DNA of 43,493 nucleotides from a virus. Lineage: Duplodnaviria > Caudoviricetes. The position numbers were made by a program, and so were the translations under genes. The DNA is taken from IMG/VR virus record IMGVR_UViG_3300024043_000020, positions 1 through 43,493 of that record, one strand, 5' to 3'. Within the stretch, counting starts at the first letter, position 1. Every line of letters starts with the position of its first letter. Positions 33,256-42,197 of this stretch are shown in pieces. The notes under the pieces are model-generated. The model saw nothing but the letters and a program-made list of their open reading frames with translations, had not been told where the DNA came from and did no database searches.

Positions 33256-34958
33256 TGGTTGCCATTGTTGCCCAGGCCACGCAATCGCCAACTGGCGGCT
33301 GCATCAACGAATATCTGACGCCGACGATGCGCGGCTTTTCGGGTATCGTCGGCTGGCCCCAATATGTTTCGATCCTGAGTCGCCCGCAGCAATGCGCGTT
33401 GGAGCGGCCCTATCCGGTCGCGGCAAATGGCCACGCGCTCACGGTACAAAAGGCGCGCGCCTACTCCGACGATTTTTACAATCGGATTCATATCCGGCCG
33501 GCAGTTCTTGAACTCGGCAACGTCGTGTCGGTTCAGAAAACCACCGAGCGCGTGTTCAACGCGTTTTTCGTGCCGATGACGCTGGCCGAAATCGATGGTC
33601 TCGCCGGCGGCATCGAGGTCGTCGGCCCCGGTGCCATGCCGCTCCTGGTCGGCGCTCTGGGCGAGACGGATTGGCTGATCAGCGTCACGCCCGACGGTCC
33701 GGCGGTAATCGACGCGCGTCTGACCTGGCTGTTCGACGGCGCGGCCTCGCCCGCACTGCGGATCACCGGCAACCGGGTGATCGCATTCACCCTGGTACCG
33801 GACTGGGCTGAGGGCGTCACCGAACGGCTGGCCTGGCTTACCGATATCCTGCAGAGCCCGAGCGGTAGCGAACAGCGGCGTGCCGATCGGCTGGCGCCGC
33901 GGCGCAGCTTCGAAGCACGGCTGATCGCCGAGGGCCGTGAGCGCAACCTGTTCGACATGATGCTGTTCGGCTGGGGCGGCCGGATCTTCGCACTGCCGAT
34001 CTGGCACGATCAGCAGTGGCTGACCGTACCGGTCGAGGCTGGTGCGCAGCAGATCAGCTGCGTTACCGGCGATCGCGATTTCAGGCTCGGTGGCCTGGCG
34101 CTGCTGCGCGGCGCCACCGCGTTCGACTACGAAGCGGTCGAAATCAGCGACATTTCCCCAACCGCCTTGACGCTGGCGCGGCCGACGCAGCAGACCTGGC
34201 CGGCCGGCAGTCGCCTCTACCCGATGCGCAGCGCCCAACTGCTGACTCTGCCGACACCTCAGCGCATCACGGATCAGCTGAGCACGGCCGACGTCGAATT
34301 CACGGTGATGGAGCCGTGCGACTGGCCGGCGGTGATGCCGGCGACGCTGTATCGCGGCTACCCCGTGCTGGAGCAGCGGCCCGAGGAATCGGAGGATCTG
34401 ACCGCTGCCTACCAACGGCTGCAACTGCTGCTCGACAATGGCAGTGGCATCCCGCTGTTGACCGATAGCGCCGAACAAGCGTTCAGCGTCCAGGGCCATC
34501 GCTGGCTGCTGTCCGGCCGCAGTGAGCAGGCGGCGTATCGCAGCCTGTTGTATGCCCTGCGCGGGCGCCAGAAGGTCGTATGGCTGCCGACCCACACCGA
34601 CGATCTGCAGCTCGCTGACCGCATCGCTGCCGACGCCGAGACGGTCGACGTCCAATACATCGGTTACGCCCGTTTTGCCGGCGCGCTGCCAGGCCGGCGC
34701 GACATCCGCATCGAGCTTATCGATGGCGGTGTTCTCCACCGACGCATCACGGCTGCCAGCGAGATTGACAGCCGCGTCGAGCGGCTCGCTATCGACAGCA
34801 GCATCGGACGCGTGGTCGACCTGGCCGATGTCGCGCGGATCTCATTCATGACGCTGTGCCGCCTGGATCAGGATGAGGTCGAGATCCATCATGAGACCGA
34901 CAGCGACGGCGTCGCCTCGTCGCAAGTGATTTTCCGGAGCACGAAATATGACGCATGA
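33255..34958 (+). CDS. Tail protein (distal-tail-like, 567 aa)
   Basis: DDFYNRIHI...ERLAWLTDILQSPSGSEQRR...LRGRQKVVWLP; TAATG coupling. Confidence 0.78.
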   Translation: MVAIVAQATQSPTGGCINEYLTPTMRGFSGIVGWPQYVSILSRPQQCALERPYPVAANGHALTVQKARAYSDDFYNRIHIRPAVLELGNVVSVQKTTERVFNAFFVPMTLAEIDGLAGGIEVVGPGAMPLLVGALGETDWLISVTPDGPAVIDARLTWLFDGAASPALRITGNRVIAFTLVPDWAEGVTERLAWLTDILQSPSGSEQRRADRLAPRRSFEARLIAEGRERNLFDMMLFGWGGRIFALPIWHDQQWLTVPVEAGAQQISCVTGDRDFRLGGLALLRGATAFDYEAVEISDISPTALTLARPTQQTWPAGSRLYPMRSAQLLTLPTPQRITDQLSTADVEFTVMEPCDWPAVMPATLYRGYPVLEQRPEESEDLTAAYQRLQLLLDNGSGIPLLTDSAEQAFSVQGHRWLLSGRSEQAAYRSLLYALRGRQKVVWLPTHTDDLQLADRIAADAETVDVQYIGYARFAGALPGRRDIRIELIDGGVLHRRITAASEIDSRVERLAIDSSIGRVVDLADVARISFMTLCRLDQDEVEIHHETDSDGVASSQVIFRSTKYDA

Positions 34959-35763
34959 CGTCCGCGAGCGCAGCTGCGCCGACGGCCAGCCGATCCGGCT
35001 CTACGACTTCGGCCGCGGGCAAGCGCACTGGCTGTATTGCAGCGCCGACCGCGACATTGTGTTCCAGGGCAAAACCTACCTGGCGCGCGCGATCAGCGAC
35101 GATGGCATCCGCCAATCGGGCGAAACCAGCGCCGATGCGCTGATCATCACCGCGCCCTGGAATGCGGAAGTCGTCAACCAATTCCGCGGCATGCCGCCGT
35201 CGGTCGAAATCGGCCTCACCGTGCGCGATATGCACTACGGCGAAACCGAGGCCGCCGTGGTCTGGGTCGGCAGCATTGCCGGCGTTAAATGGCCGGCGCC
35301 GAACAAGTGCGAGATCCGGTGCGAGTCACTGGCCGCCAGCCTCGAGCGCTCCGGCCTGACGCGTACCTGGGAACGCAATTGCCCCTACACGCTGTTCGAC
35401 ACCGACTGCACGGTCGACCGCAACGGCTACAAGACCACAATCACGATCCAGAGCCTGACCGGCGCGGCGATCAGCTCCGGCACCTTCGAAACGCAGCCGG
35501 ACGGCTATTGGAGCGGCGGATTCGTGGAATGGGACATCGGCGACGGCGAGGTCGAGCGGCGCGGCATCGAGATCCACGCTGGCAGCGTCGCCTCGCTGCT
35601 GGGCGGCACCGACGGCCTGGTGATCGGCCAGGCCGTGACCGCCTATCCCGGCTGCGCGCGCACGATCCAAGTCTGCCATGACAAGTTCGGCAACGACGCC
35701 AACTACGGCGGCATCTGGCACCTGCCGGGCAAGTCGCCGTTCGACGGTACGCCGATTTTTTAA
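34948..35763 (+). CDS. Tail hub protein (DUF2163/BR0599 family)
   Basis: CPYTLFDTDC...AYPGCARTIQVCHDKFGNDANYGG Cys motif. Confidence 0.85.
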   Translation: MTHDVRERSCADGQPIRLYDFGRGQAHWLYCSADRDIVFQGKTYLARAISDDGIRQSGETSADALIITAPWNAEVVNQFRGMPPSVEIGLTVRDMHYGETEAAVVWVGSIAGVKWPAPNKCEIRCESLAASLERSGLTRTWERNCPYTLFDTDCTVDRNGYKTTITIQSLTGAAISSGTFETQPDGYWSGGFVEWDIGDGEVERRGIEIHAGSVASLLGGTDGLVIGQAVTAYPGCARTIQVCHDKFGNDANYGGIWHLPGKSPFDGTPIF

Positions 35764-35774
35764 CGGAGCAGTGT

Positions 35775-35990
35775 ATGTGGTTCCAGATCTTCATCCTGAT
35801 CGCCTCCTACGTGCTATCCGCGGTGCTGGCGCCCAAGCCGGCCACGCCAAAGCCGACCGCGTTCGAAGACATCGATTTCCCGCAATGCGAGGAAGGCACC
35901 CCGCAGGCGGTGATCTTCGGCGACGTCTGGACCAAGGACTGGATGGTGCTCGGCGTCGGCAATTACCGCGTGAGCGAGATCAAGAAATGA
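35775..35990 (+). CDS. Small tail assembly protein
   Basis: FPQCEEGTPQAVIFGDVW; GGAG SD. Confidence 0.8.
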   Translation: MWFQIFILIASYVLSAVLAPKPATPKPTAFEDIDFPQCEEGTPQAVIFGDVWTKDWMVLGVGNYRVSEIKK

Positions 35991-36211
35991 ATGACGAACT
36001 GATCATCACGGTCCAGCACATCTACACCGTCCCGGCCTGGAACGGCGCGACCGGCTTTTGCGGCCGCGGCGCGCGTGCCTGGTTCGCGCAGCACAACCTG
36101 AGCTGGGCGGATTTCGTGGCCAACGGCTTGCCAGCGTCGATCCTGGAAGCCACCGGCGACGCCCTGGCGCTGCAAGTAGTGGCGCATGCACGGGAGCAGC
36201 AGCATGGGTAA
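35987..36211 (+). CDS. Small tail assembly protein (74 aa)
   Basis: GFCGRGARAWF...LSWADFVANGL...LEATGDALA; ATGA overlap. Confidence 0.8.
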   Translation: MNDELIITVQHIYTVPAWNGATGFCGRGARAWFAQHNLSWADFVANGLPASILEATGDALALQVVAHAREQQHG

Positions 36212-39200
36212 GCGCGACGAAGTTACCATCGGCTTCCGCTACTACTTTGGCGTGCAAATGGGCGTCGGCCTCAGCGAGCACGACGAGCTGGTCGAGATCA
36301 AGGTCGGCGATCGCACCGCCTGGACCGGCAGCGTTACCGACAACGCGACGATCCGCATCGATGCGCCGGATCTGTTCGGCGGCGACGACAAGGAAGGTGG
36401 CATCGTTGGCGACCTCGACGTCATGATGGGCGCGCCGAGCCAGCCCGTTAATACCCGCTTGGCGGCGATGCTGGGCGGCCTGGTACCGGCCTTTCGCGGT
36501 AAGACCACGCTGTTTTTCGATGGCTTGATGTGCAGCATGTCGGCCTATCCCAAGCCGTGGAAGATGCGCATGCGGCGCATCCTCAAAGGCTGGGACGGCG
36601 GCACGCCCTGGTATCCGGCAAAAGCCGTGATCCCGCTCGATGGCGGCAAGATCCGCGCGATGAATCCGGTGCACATCCTGGTGCAGTGCCTGACCGACCG
36701 TCGCTGGGGGCGTGGCCTGCCGCTGGCCAGGCTCGACGAGGCGGCCTACAAGGCGGCCGCCGACATCTGCCACGCCGAGGGCTTCGGTCTATGCCTCAAG
36801 TGGAGCCGCCAGGACTCGCTCAAGAATTTCATGCAGGCGGTGCTCGACCACGTCGGCGGCGCCCAGTTCGTCGACCGCACCACCGGCTTGATCAAGCTGC
36901 GCTTGATCCGCGACGACTACGACGCCGCGACCTTGCCGCTGTTCGACTACGACTCCGGCTTGTTGTCGATCGACGACGACGACAGCAGCGCCCAGACTAC
37001 CGGCAGCAATGAAGTGGTGGTCAAATACGTGCGCCCGGCCGACGGCAGCGACGGCCAGGTGCGGGTGCAAAACATCGCCGCGATCCAGTCGACCGGTGCC
37101 GTGGCCAGCACGACCAAGGATTATCCCGGCATCCCGACGCCCGAGCTGGCGCAGCGCGCCGCCCTGCGTGATCTGCGTGCGGCCGCCGGTTACATCAAGA
37201 AATTCAAGGTGCGCCTGGATCGGCGCGGCTATCAGCTCGAGCCGGGCAGCGTGTTCCGCATCCGCGATACCCGGCGCGGCATTTCCAACATGGTGCTGCG
37301 TGCCGGCCGCGTCGACGACGGCACCGTGACCGACGGTGCGATCACGATCACTGCACTCCAAGACGTGTTCGGCCTGCCGGCGACCAGCTATGTCGGCGTG
37401 CAGCCGGGTGGCTATGTGCCGCCGGATACCACGGCCAAACCGATCGTCAATCGTCGCCTGCAGGAGGTGCCGTACTGCGAGCTGGCGCGGCGCCTGGCGG
37501 AGACGGACCTCAAGGCGATCGCCGATACCGCTGGCTACCTGATGGCGCTGGCCGAGCGGCCGACGCCGCTGTCGCTCGGCTTCACGCTGAAATCGGGGGT
37601 CGGTACCCTGGTCGAGCGCGGCAGCGGCGACTTTTGTCCGACCGCGCTGCTGGCGGCGCTGGGCCCGCTCACCACCACCGTCGCCTTCAGCAGCGGCGTC
37701 GGCATGGCGCAGGTCGTCGTCGGCCGCGCCGCCCTGGTCGACGAGGAAATCGTGCGCGTCGATGCGATCGATTTGGCGGCCGGCACCCTCACGCTCGGCC
37801 GTGGCTGCGCCGACACCGTGCCGGCTGCGCATGCCGGCGGCGCCCGCATCTGGTTCTACGACGGCGCCGGCGGCTACGACAAGACCGAATACACGACGGG
37901 CGTCACCGTGTCGGCCAAGCTCTTGACGCGCACCAGCACCGGCCGCGTGGCCGATGTGGCCGCCGCCACCGATACCCTGGCGATGGCGCGGCGTCAGTAT
38001 CGGCCATATGCGCCTGGCAAGCTGCAGATCAACGGCGCCGCGTATCCGAGCGACGTGTCCGGGCGCGTGACGGTCAGTTGGGCGCATCGTAACCGGCTGA
38101 CCCAGGCGGATCAGCTGATCGACACGCTGCAGGGCGACATCACGCCGGAGTCGAACACCAGCTATACGCTGCGCTTCTATTCTGGCAGCGACCTGAAGCG
38201 GACGGTCAGCGGCATCGTCGAGACAAGCTACGTCTACACCATGCCTGCCGAGATCGCCGACGGCGGGCCATTCGATCCGTTACGCATCACACTGGAAGCA
38301 ATGCGTGACGATGTTTCAAGCCGGTCCCGACATGACGTGACGGTAGCGCGAGTCATCGACTCGAGCGACCTCACCGATGATCGGGCGTCGTTGATCGTCG
38401 ATGCGTTCGCGCCGGAATGGATCGTTAAATACGGTAGCACCTACTACGCTGTCGGGGTTCAATACGTTCCCAATGGTGGACAGAGCTATTCTGTTGAATA
38501 CCGGTTACGCCGATCCTCGGACCTCGTGAACTGGCAGCGCATCACGGATTTGGACCCGGCTGGATATGCGTCCCGACCGTTGAGCTTCTTCGAGGGAGGA
38601 ATCGCCCTGCTGGCTGACAGCGTCTGGGACTACACGACCAACGCTTTCACCCCACTCACTGGCGCTCACCATAGCGGCACGCCTTCCGGGATGACCCCGC
38701 AGTTTTCCGACTCCGCCGTGCGTATTCTCGGCAAGTTCGGCGGCAACTACTATAAGGCGGTGCCGGTCACTGGCACGCATGAAGACTGGCTGTTTTACAG
38801 CAGCGCCAACGGCGCCACATGGACATACGTTTGCCCGGTCCCTGATGACTTTTTATGGGGCACCCCGGCGCATTGGGCCTTCCCCTACGGACTGGTCGGC
38901 GCCCAGGGCCGTGCTCAACAATTCAGCCCGCAAGGATTGGTTGAATTTAACGGACATGCGATCGGCTTTTCATCATCGCCAAACGCTGGCCTGCGCATCT
39001 TGCGGACGCAAAATTTTTCCAGCTGGACGCTGATCCATGCGTTTCCGCGCGGCGATCACATCATGGGTAGCGTCGGTGCTGACGTGATCGAATGGAAGTA
39101 TCTGGTGATCGGCGGCGTCGCGACGATTTTCGTGGTGGTCGATGTCAGCGACCTGACACCCGATCGCGTGTTGTACAAGTTGACATCGGCGGACGGTGCC

Positions 39201-40292
39201 ACCTGGTCATCACCGGTTTCGGTCCCGCTGCCAGATCAGCAAGTGCTCGAGCAATGGACCGCGACCGGTGGCGTGCAGCCAGGGCCGCAAGAGTCTCTGA
39301 TCTGGCACACGCTCTCGATTTTCAATCTATTCCGCGATGCCGCCAACAACCGGTACGTCAGCATCGGCAACCGCGTCCGCACGTCGTTCGTGATGACCAC
39401 GTGGTTTTCGTATGACGACTGCCAGACCTGGGAGCGCCATGAAGGTGCGCTGCCGGCCAGTATCCTTTCAGCGTGGGACGTCTGCTATAGGGGGCAGGTC
39501 GACGGATGGCACCTCGCCAATGTCACGACCCAAGGCGGCGTACGGCAACTGATCAAGTCGCGGGACCTGCTGAACTGGGAGATGTTCGGCCGCAGTGACT
39601 TCTACCTTACGGGCGATCCGGCGCCGGTGGCCACGGACCCGTATTTCGCCAATGTCGGCTTCCTGCTGCACGAGAACGGCGTCAATGGCGCTACGACCAG
39701 CGTCGACTCCGGGCCACGAAACAAGGCGATCAGCCGTACCTCTGGCGGCCAGATCAGCACCGCGCAATCGGTTTTTGGTGGAAGTGCTTGGTACAACAGC
39801 ACCGCCGCTGGCCGACGTACGATCGCCCAAGACACCACCTATATCACTGCGGCGAATGCGACGCCCTGGACATGGGAGGTACGTATGCGGGCCGACAACT
39901 TCAGTGCTGCGCGCGTCGTGTTCGACAACAACAACAACGGCAGCAATACGACCGGCTGGCAAATTTATCTGGGTGCTGACGCCAAGCTATACATCTGGAG
40001 CGGCCCGCAAGCCAGATCCTACGGGGGCTTCGGTTCCGCAATAGTCGCAAACACATGGTATGCCTTGCGTATCTGTTGGGACGGCGCGACGCTGTATTTT
40101 TTCTGCGACGGCATTCTCCTGGGTACAGCTACCGGCTTTACCAATGTTTGGGGCAATGCGCTTGCGATCGGGAATAGCGCATACGCCAATCAAGGCTTCA
40201 TCGGCTACCTTGATGAAATGCGCTTTACCAAGGGGGTGGTTCGATCGACGGTGGATTACACGATCGATACCGAGCAGTTCCCCGACGCGTGA
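36204..40292 (+). CDS. Central tail-tip/host-specificity protein fused to an Asp-box propeller and a LamG-like domain (1362 aa)
   Basis: N-terminal ~720 aa tail-tip motifs (LFGGDDKEGG, MNPVHIL, RGCADTVP, WAHRNRL), then six SxDxxxW-type repeats, then a LamG-like C-terminus. Confidence 0.88.
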   Translation: MGKRDEVTIGFRYYFGVQMGVGLSEHDELVEIKVGDRTAWTGSVTDNATIRIDAPDLFGGDDKEGGIVGDLDVMMGAPSQPVNTRLAAMLGGLVPAFRGKTTLFFDGLMCSMSAYPKPWKMRMRRILKGWDGGTPWYPAKAVIPLDGGKIRAMNPVHILVQCLTDRRWGRGLPLARLDEAAYKAAADICHAEGFGLCLKWSRQDSLKNFMQAVLDHVGGAQFVDRTTGLIKLRLIRDDYDAATLPLFDYDSGLLSIDDDDSSAQTTGSNEVVVKYVRPADGSDGQVRVQNIAAIQSTGAVASTTKDYPGIPTPELAQRAALRDLRAAAGYIKKFKVRLDRRGYQLEPGSVFRIRDTRRGISNMVLRAGRVDDGTVTDGAITITALQDVFGLPATSYVGVQPGGYVPPDTTAKPIVNRRLQEVPYCELARRLAETDLKAIADTAGYLMALAERPTPLSLGFTLKSGVGTLVERGSGDFCPTALLAALGPLTTTVAFSSGVGMAQVVVGRAALVDEEIVRVDAIDLAAGTLTLGRGCADTVPAAHAGGARIWFYDGAGGYDKTEYTTGVTVSAKLLTRTSTGRVADVAAATDTLAMARRQYRPYAPGKLQINGAAYPSDVSGRVTVSWAHRNRLTQADQLIDTLQGDITPESNTSYTLRFYSGSDLKRTVSGIVETSYVYTMPAEIADGGPFDPLRITLEAMRDDVSSRSRHDVTVARVIDSSDLTDDRASLIVDAFAPEWIVKYGSTYYAVGVQYVPNGGQSYSVEYRLRRSSDLVNWQRITDLDPAGYASRPLSFFEGGIALLADSVWDYTTNAFTPLTGAHHSGTPSGMTPQFSDSAVRILGKFGGNYYKAVPVTGTHEDWLFYSSANGATWTYVCPVPDDFLWGTPAHWAFPYGLVGAQGRAQQFSPQGLVEFNGHAIGFSSSPNAGLRILRTQNFSSWTLIHAFPRGDHIMGSVGADVIEWKYLVIGGVATIFVVVDVSDLTPDRVLYKLTSADGATWSSPVSVPLPDQQVLEQWTATGGVQPGPQESLIWHTLSIFNLFRDAANNRYVSIGNRVRTSFVMTTWFSYDDCQTWERHEGALPASILSAWDVCYRGQVDGWHLANVTTQGGVRQLIKSRDLLNWEMFGRSDFYLTGDPAPVATDPYFANVGFLLHENGVNGATTSVDSGPRNKAISRTSGGQISTAQSVFGGSAWYNSTAAGRRTIAQDTTYITAANATPWTWEVRMRADNFSAARVVFDNNNNGSNTTGWQIYLGADAKLYIWSGPQARSYGGFGSAIVANTWYALRICWDGATLYFFCDGILLGTATGFTNVWGNALAIGNSAYANQGFIGYLDEMRFTKGVVRSTVDYTIDTEQFPDA

Positions 40293-40305
40293 CATCGATA
40301 AAAGA

Positions 40306-40405
40306 CGCGGCGACGTGCCAGGTGCGCGAACACCTGACACGCCCCGCACCAGCAGAACCAGCCTGCCGGCATGGCAAGGCCGCGCCACCCTCCGGAGGGC
40401 GGGGC
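40306..40405 (+). promoter_or_regulatory. Structured leader upstream of the methylase cassette
   Basis: CGTG-C-CAGGTG/CACCTG-A-CACG hairpin and GCAG/CTGC hairpin enclosed by CGCGGC/GCCGCG, then a CCCT/AGGG hairpin. Confidence 0.5.
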
Positions 40406-40438
40406 AGAGCCTAGCATATTTTTGTAAGGTAATTACAA

Positions 40439-41236
40439 ATGCAGGAATCAAGTCCAATCATTCCTTGGCTGGGCGGCAAGCGGCGCCTTGCCGATAGACT
40501 CATTCCCTTGTTCCCCGATCACGAATGCTACGTTGAGGTGTTTTGTGGCGGTGCCGCTCTTTATTTTCTACGCCCGGTGCCGGCCAGGACCGAGGTGTTG
40601 AACGACATCAATGGCGACCTGGTCAATCTCTACCGAGTTGTGCAGCACCACCTCGAGGAATTTGTTCGTCAGTTCAAATGGGCGATCAGCAGCCGGGAAA
40701 TTTTCAAGTGGCAGCAACTAACCAGGGTAGAAACGCTGACAGATATCCAGAGAGCAGCCCGGTTCTACTATTTACAGCAACACGCATTCGGCGGCCGCGT
40801 CGCAGGACAAACTTTCGGTACAGCCACGACCGGCCCTGCTATCAACTTGTGCCGGATCGAGGAAAATCTCAGCGCCGCCCATCTTCGGTTGGCTGGGACA
40901 TATGTCGAGAATCTACCCTGGGAAGACTGTATGCAGCGCTACGACCGGCCGCACAGTTTTATGTACCTCGATCCGCCATATTGGCAAACCGAGGGGTACG
41001 GCGTCGATTTCCCGTTCAGTGAATACGAGCGGATGGCTCGGTTGATGCACAGCGCAAAGGGGAAGGTGATGGTCAGCATCAACGACCATCCCGACATCCG
41101 CCGGGTGTTTTCCGGGTTCGAGATGATGGACCTGGACATCAAGTACAGCCTGGCCAACACGGCCGGACCAGCGTCGACCAGCAAGGAGCTGGTGATCATG
41201 AATTGGGAGCCGGCAGCGCTTGGAGGGCTATTCTAA
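40439..41236 (+). CDS. DNA adenine methyltransferase (Dam/D12 class)
   Basis: PWLGGKRRLA, YVEVFCGGAA, LNDIN, YLDPPY motifs. Confidence 0.93.
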   Translation: MQESSPIIPWLGGKRRLADRLIPLFPDHECYVEVFCGGAALYFLRPVPARTEVLNDINGDLVNLYRVVQHHLEEFVRQFKWAISSREIFKWQQLTRVETLTDIQRAARFYYLQQHAFGGRVAGQTFGTATTGPAINLCRIEENLSAAHLRLAGTYVENLPWEDCMQRYDRPHSFMYLDPPYWQTEGYGVDFPFSEYERMARLMHSAKGKVMVSINDHPDIRRVFSGFEMMDLDIKYSLANTAGPASTSKELVIMNWEPAALGGLF

Positions 41237-41484
41237 TGGCGGTATGGGTTGATCAGGCATCGATCATGTGGCGCGGAAAGGCCAGGCATCACATGACGGC
41301 CGACAACGTGGATGAGTTGCATGCGTTTGCGGTCCAGGTAGGTATCAGACGCTGCTGGTTCCACAACAAGCCAGGTCGGCCGCACTACGATGTGACCGAT
41401 GGCCAGCGTACGGCTGCCCTCAATGCCGGCGCCGTTTCGGTCAGCACCCGGCAGCTGCTAGAGGTCGCGAGGCGATGCCGTTAG
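41236..41484 (+). CDS. DUF4031-family protein
   Basis: MAVWVD...HMTADNVDELHAFA..VGIRRCWF...HYDV...ALNAGA; TAATG coupling. Confidence 0.85.
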   Translation: MAVWVDQASIMWRGKARHHMTADNVDELHAFAVQVGIRRCWFHNKPGRPHYDVTDGQRTAALNAGAVSVSTRQLLEVARRCR

Positions 41485-41960
41485 ATCTTGTTGCCACACA
41501 CCTTGGTCGCATCGAGCTGCGACCGATTTCTCAAGCGGAGGCGTTCGCCTTCATTCGGCGGCATCATCGGCACCACGGCGCGCCGGTCGGCAGCTTATGG
41601 CAGCACGCGGTGCATGATGATGCTGGCCAACTGGTCGGCGTGGCCGTCGTCGGACGGCCGGTTGCGAGGGCGCTCGATGACGGACTAACGGCCGAGATTA
41701 CCCGCTTGTGCACGACCGGCCATGCCAACGCCTGTTCGATGCTCTACGCAGCTGCGCGCCGCGCGGCTGATGCAAAGGGCTATCGGCGCGGCCTAACCTA
41801 CATCCTCGCTTCGGAGACTGGCGCCACGCTGCGCGCGGTCGGCTGGCGGCATCTGTGGGACGTGGAAGGTCGTTCTTGGGATTGCCCGGGCAGGCGGCGG
41901 GTCGACAAGCACCCGATGGAGAATAAAGCGGCGTGGGGCTGGGGCGCGTGGCCGGGATGA
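41475..41960 (+). CDS. XF1762-family protein (probable GNAT/Mom-like fold)
   Basis: AFIRRHHRHH...VGVAVVGRPVARALDDGLTAEITRLCT...NACSMLYAA...TYILASETGATLRAVGW. Confidence 0.8.
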   Translation: MPLDLVATHLGRIELRPISQAEAFAFIRRHHRHHGAPVGSLWQHAVHDDAGQLVGVAVVGRPVARALDDGLTAEITRLCTTGHANACSMLYAAARRAADAKGYRRGLTYILASETGATLRAVGWRHLWDVEGRSWDCPGRRRVDKHPMENKAAWGWGAWPG

Positions 41961-42023
41961 AGTCGGCCTTGGCGCTGGCGAAAATGAAATTCCCTTTCAA
42001 ACAGTATAATTTTCTTCAATCCG

Positions 42024-42066
42024 ATTTATCTCATCAAATGCCGCGCATTTATCGCGCGCCGCTTCA
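42024..42066 (-). repeat. Right end with putative transposase-binding repeats
   Basis: Reverse complement TGAAGCGGCGCGCGATAAATG...TGAGATAAAT mirrors the left end. Confidence 0.8.
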
Positions 42067-42072
42067 CGTAGT
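42067..42072 (+). repeat. Right copy of the target-site duplication CGTAGT
   Basis: Identical to 1333-1338. Confidence 0.93.
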
Positions 42073-42106
42073 CCAGCGAATTGCGGTACTGGAGTCATCG
42101 TGAAAC

Positions 42107-42134
42107 AAAAAAAACCGCGCCCTGACGGGCGCGG
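42107..42134 (-). terminator. Rho-independent terminator of aceA
   Basis: CCGCGCCC-TGAC-GGGCGCGG stem-loop followed on the minus strand by T8. Confidence 0.88.
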
Positions 42135-42197
42135 CCGATTTCCTCTTGCGAGGATGCTCCTCCGGTGTACCGGAGTGTTGCTTGTCCGATTGCCGGA

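Larger units (their letters stand above)
1339..42066. mobile_element. Complete Mu-like transposable prophage, B3/BcepMu-type organisation, non-contractile tail
   Basis: TG...CA termini, 6-bp TSD, DDE transposase plus AAA B protein, Mor/GemA, Mu gp25-gp32-like and gp36/gp37-like late genes, tape measure and tail-tip genes; no tail sheath gene seen. Confidence 0.96.
1..42111 (-). mobile_element. Integrase-proximal end of a Tn4371-family ICE, interrupted by the prophage and extending beyond the left window edge
   Basis: Removing the prophage and one CGTAGT copy restores, on the minus strand, TTTTTGT-TTCACGATGACTCCAGTACCGCAATTCGCTGGACTACGCCAAGGCTCGATACAGCAGGTTTATCAATCACTTAGG...int. This resembles the conserved Tn4371-type left end as I recall it (not searched). 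Confidence 0.8.

Noticed and set aside
28443-38087. Long minus-strand ORFs (651, 499 and 432 aa) opposite the tail genes
   Set aside because: Typical high-GC antisense shadows with no motifs or SD.
36204-41960. Diversity-generating retroelement or Gin-type tail-fibre inversion
   Set aside because: No reverse transcriptase, no template/variable repeat pair, no invertase and no gix-like repeats seen.
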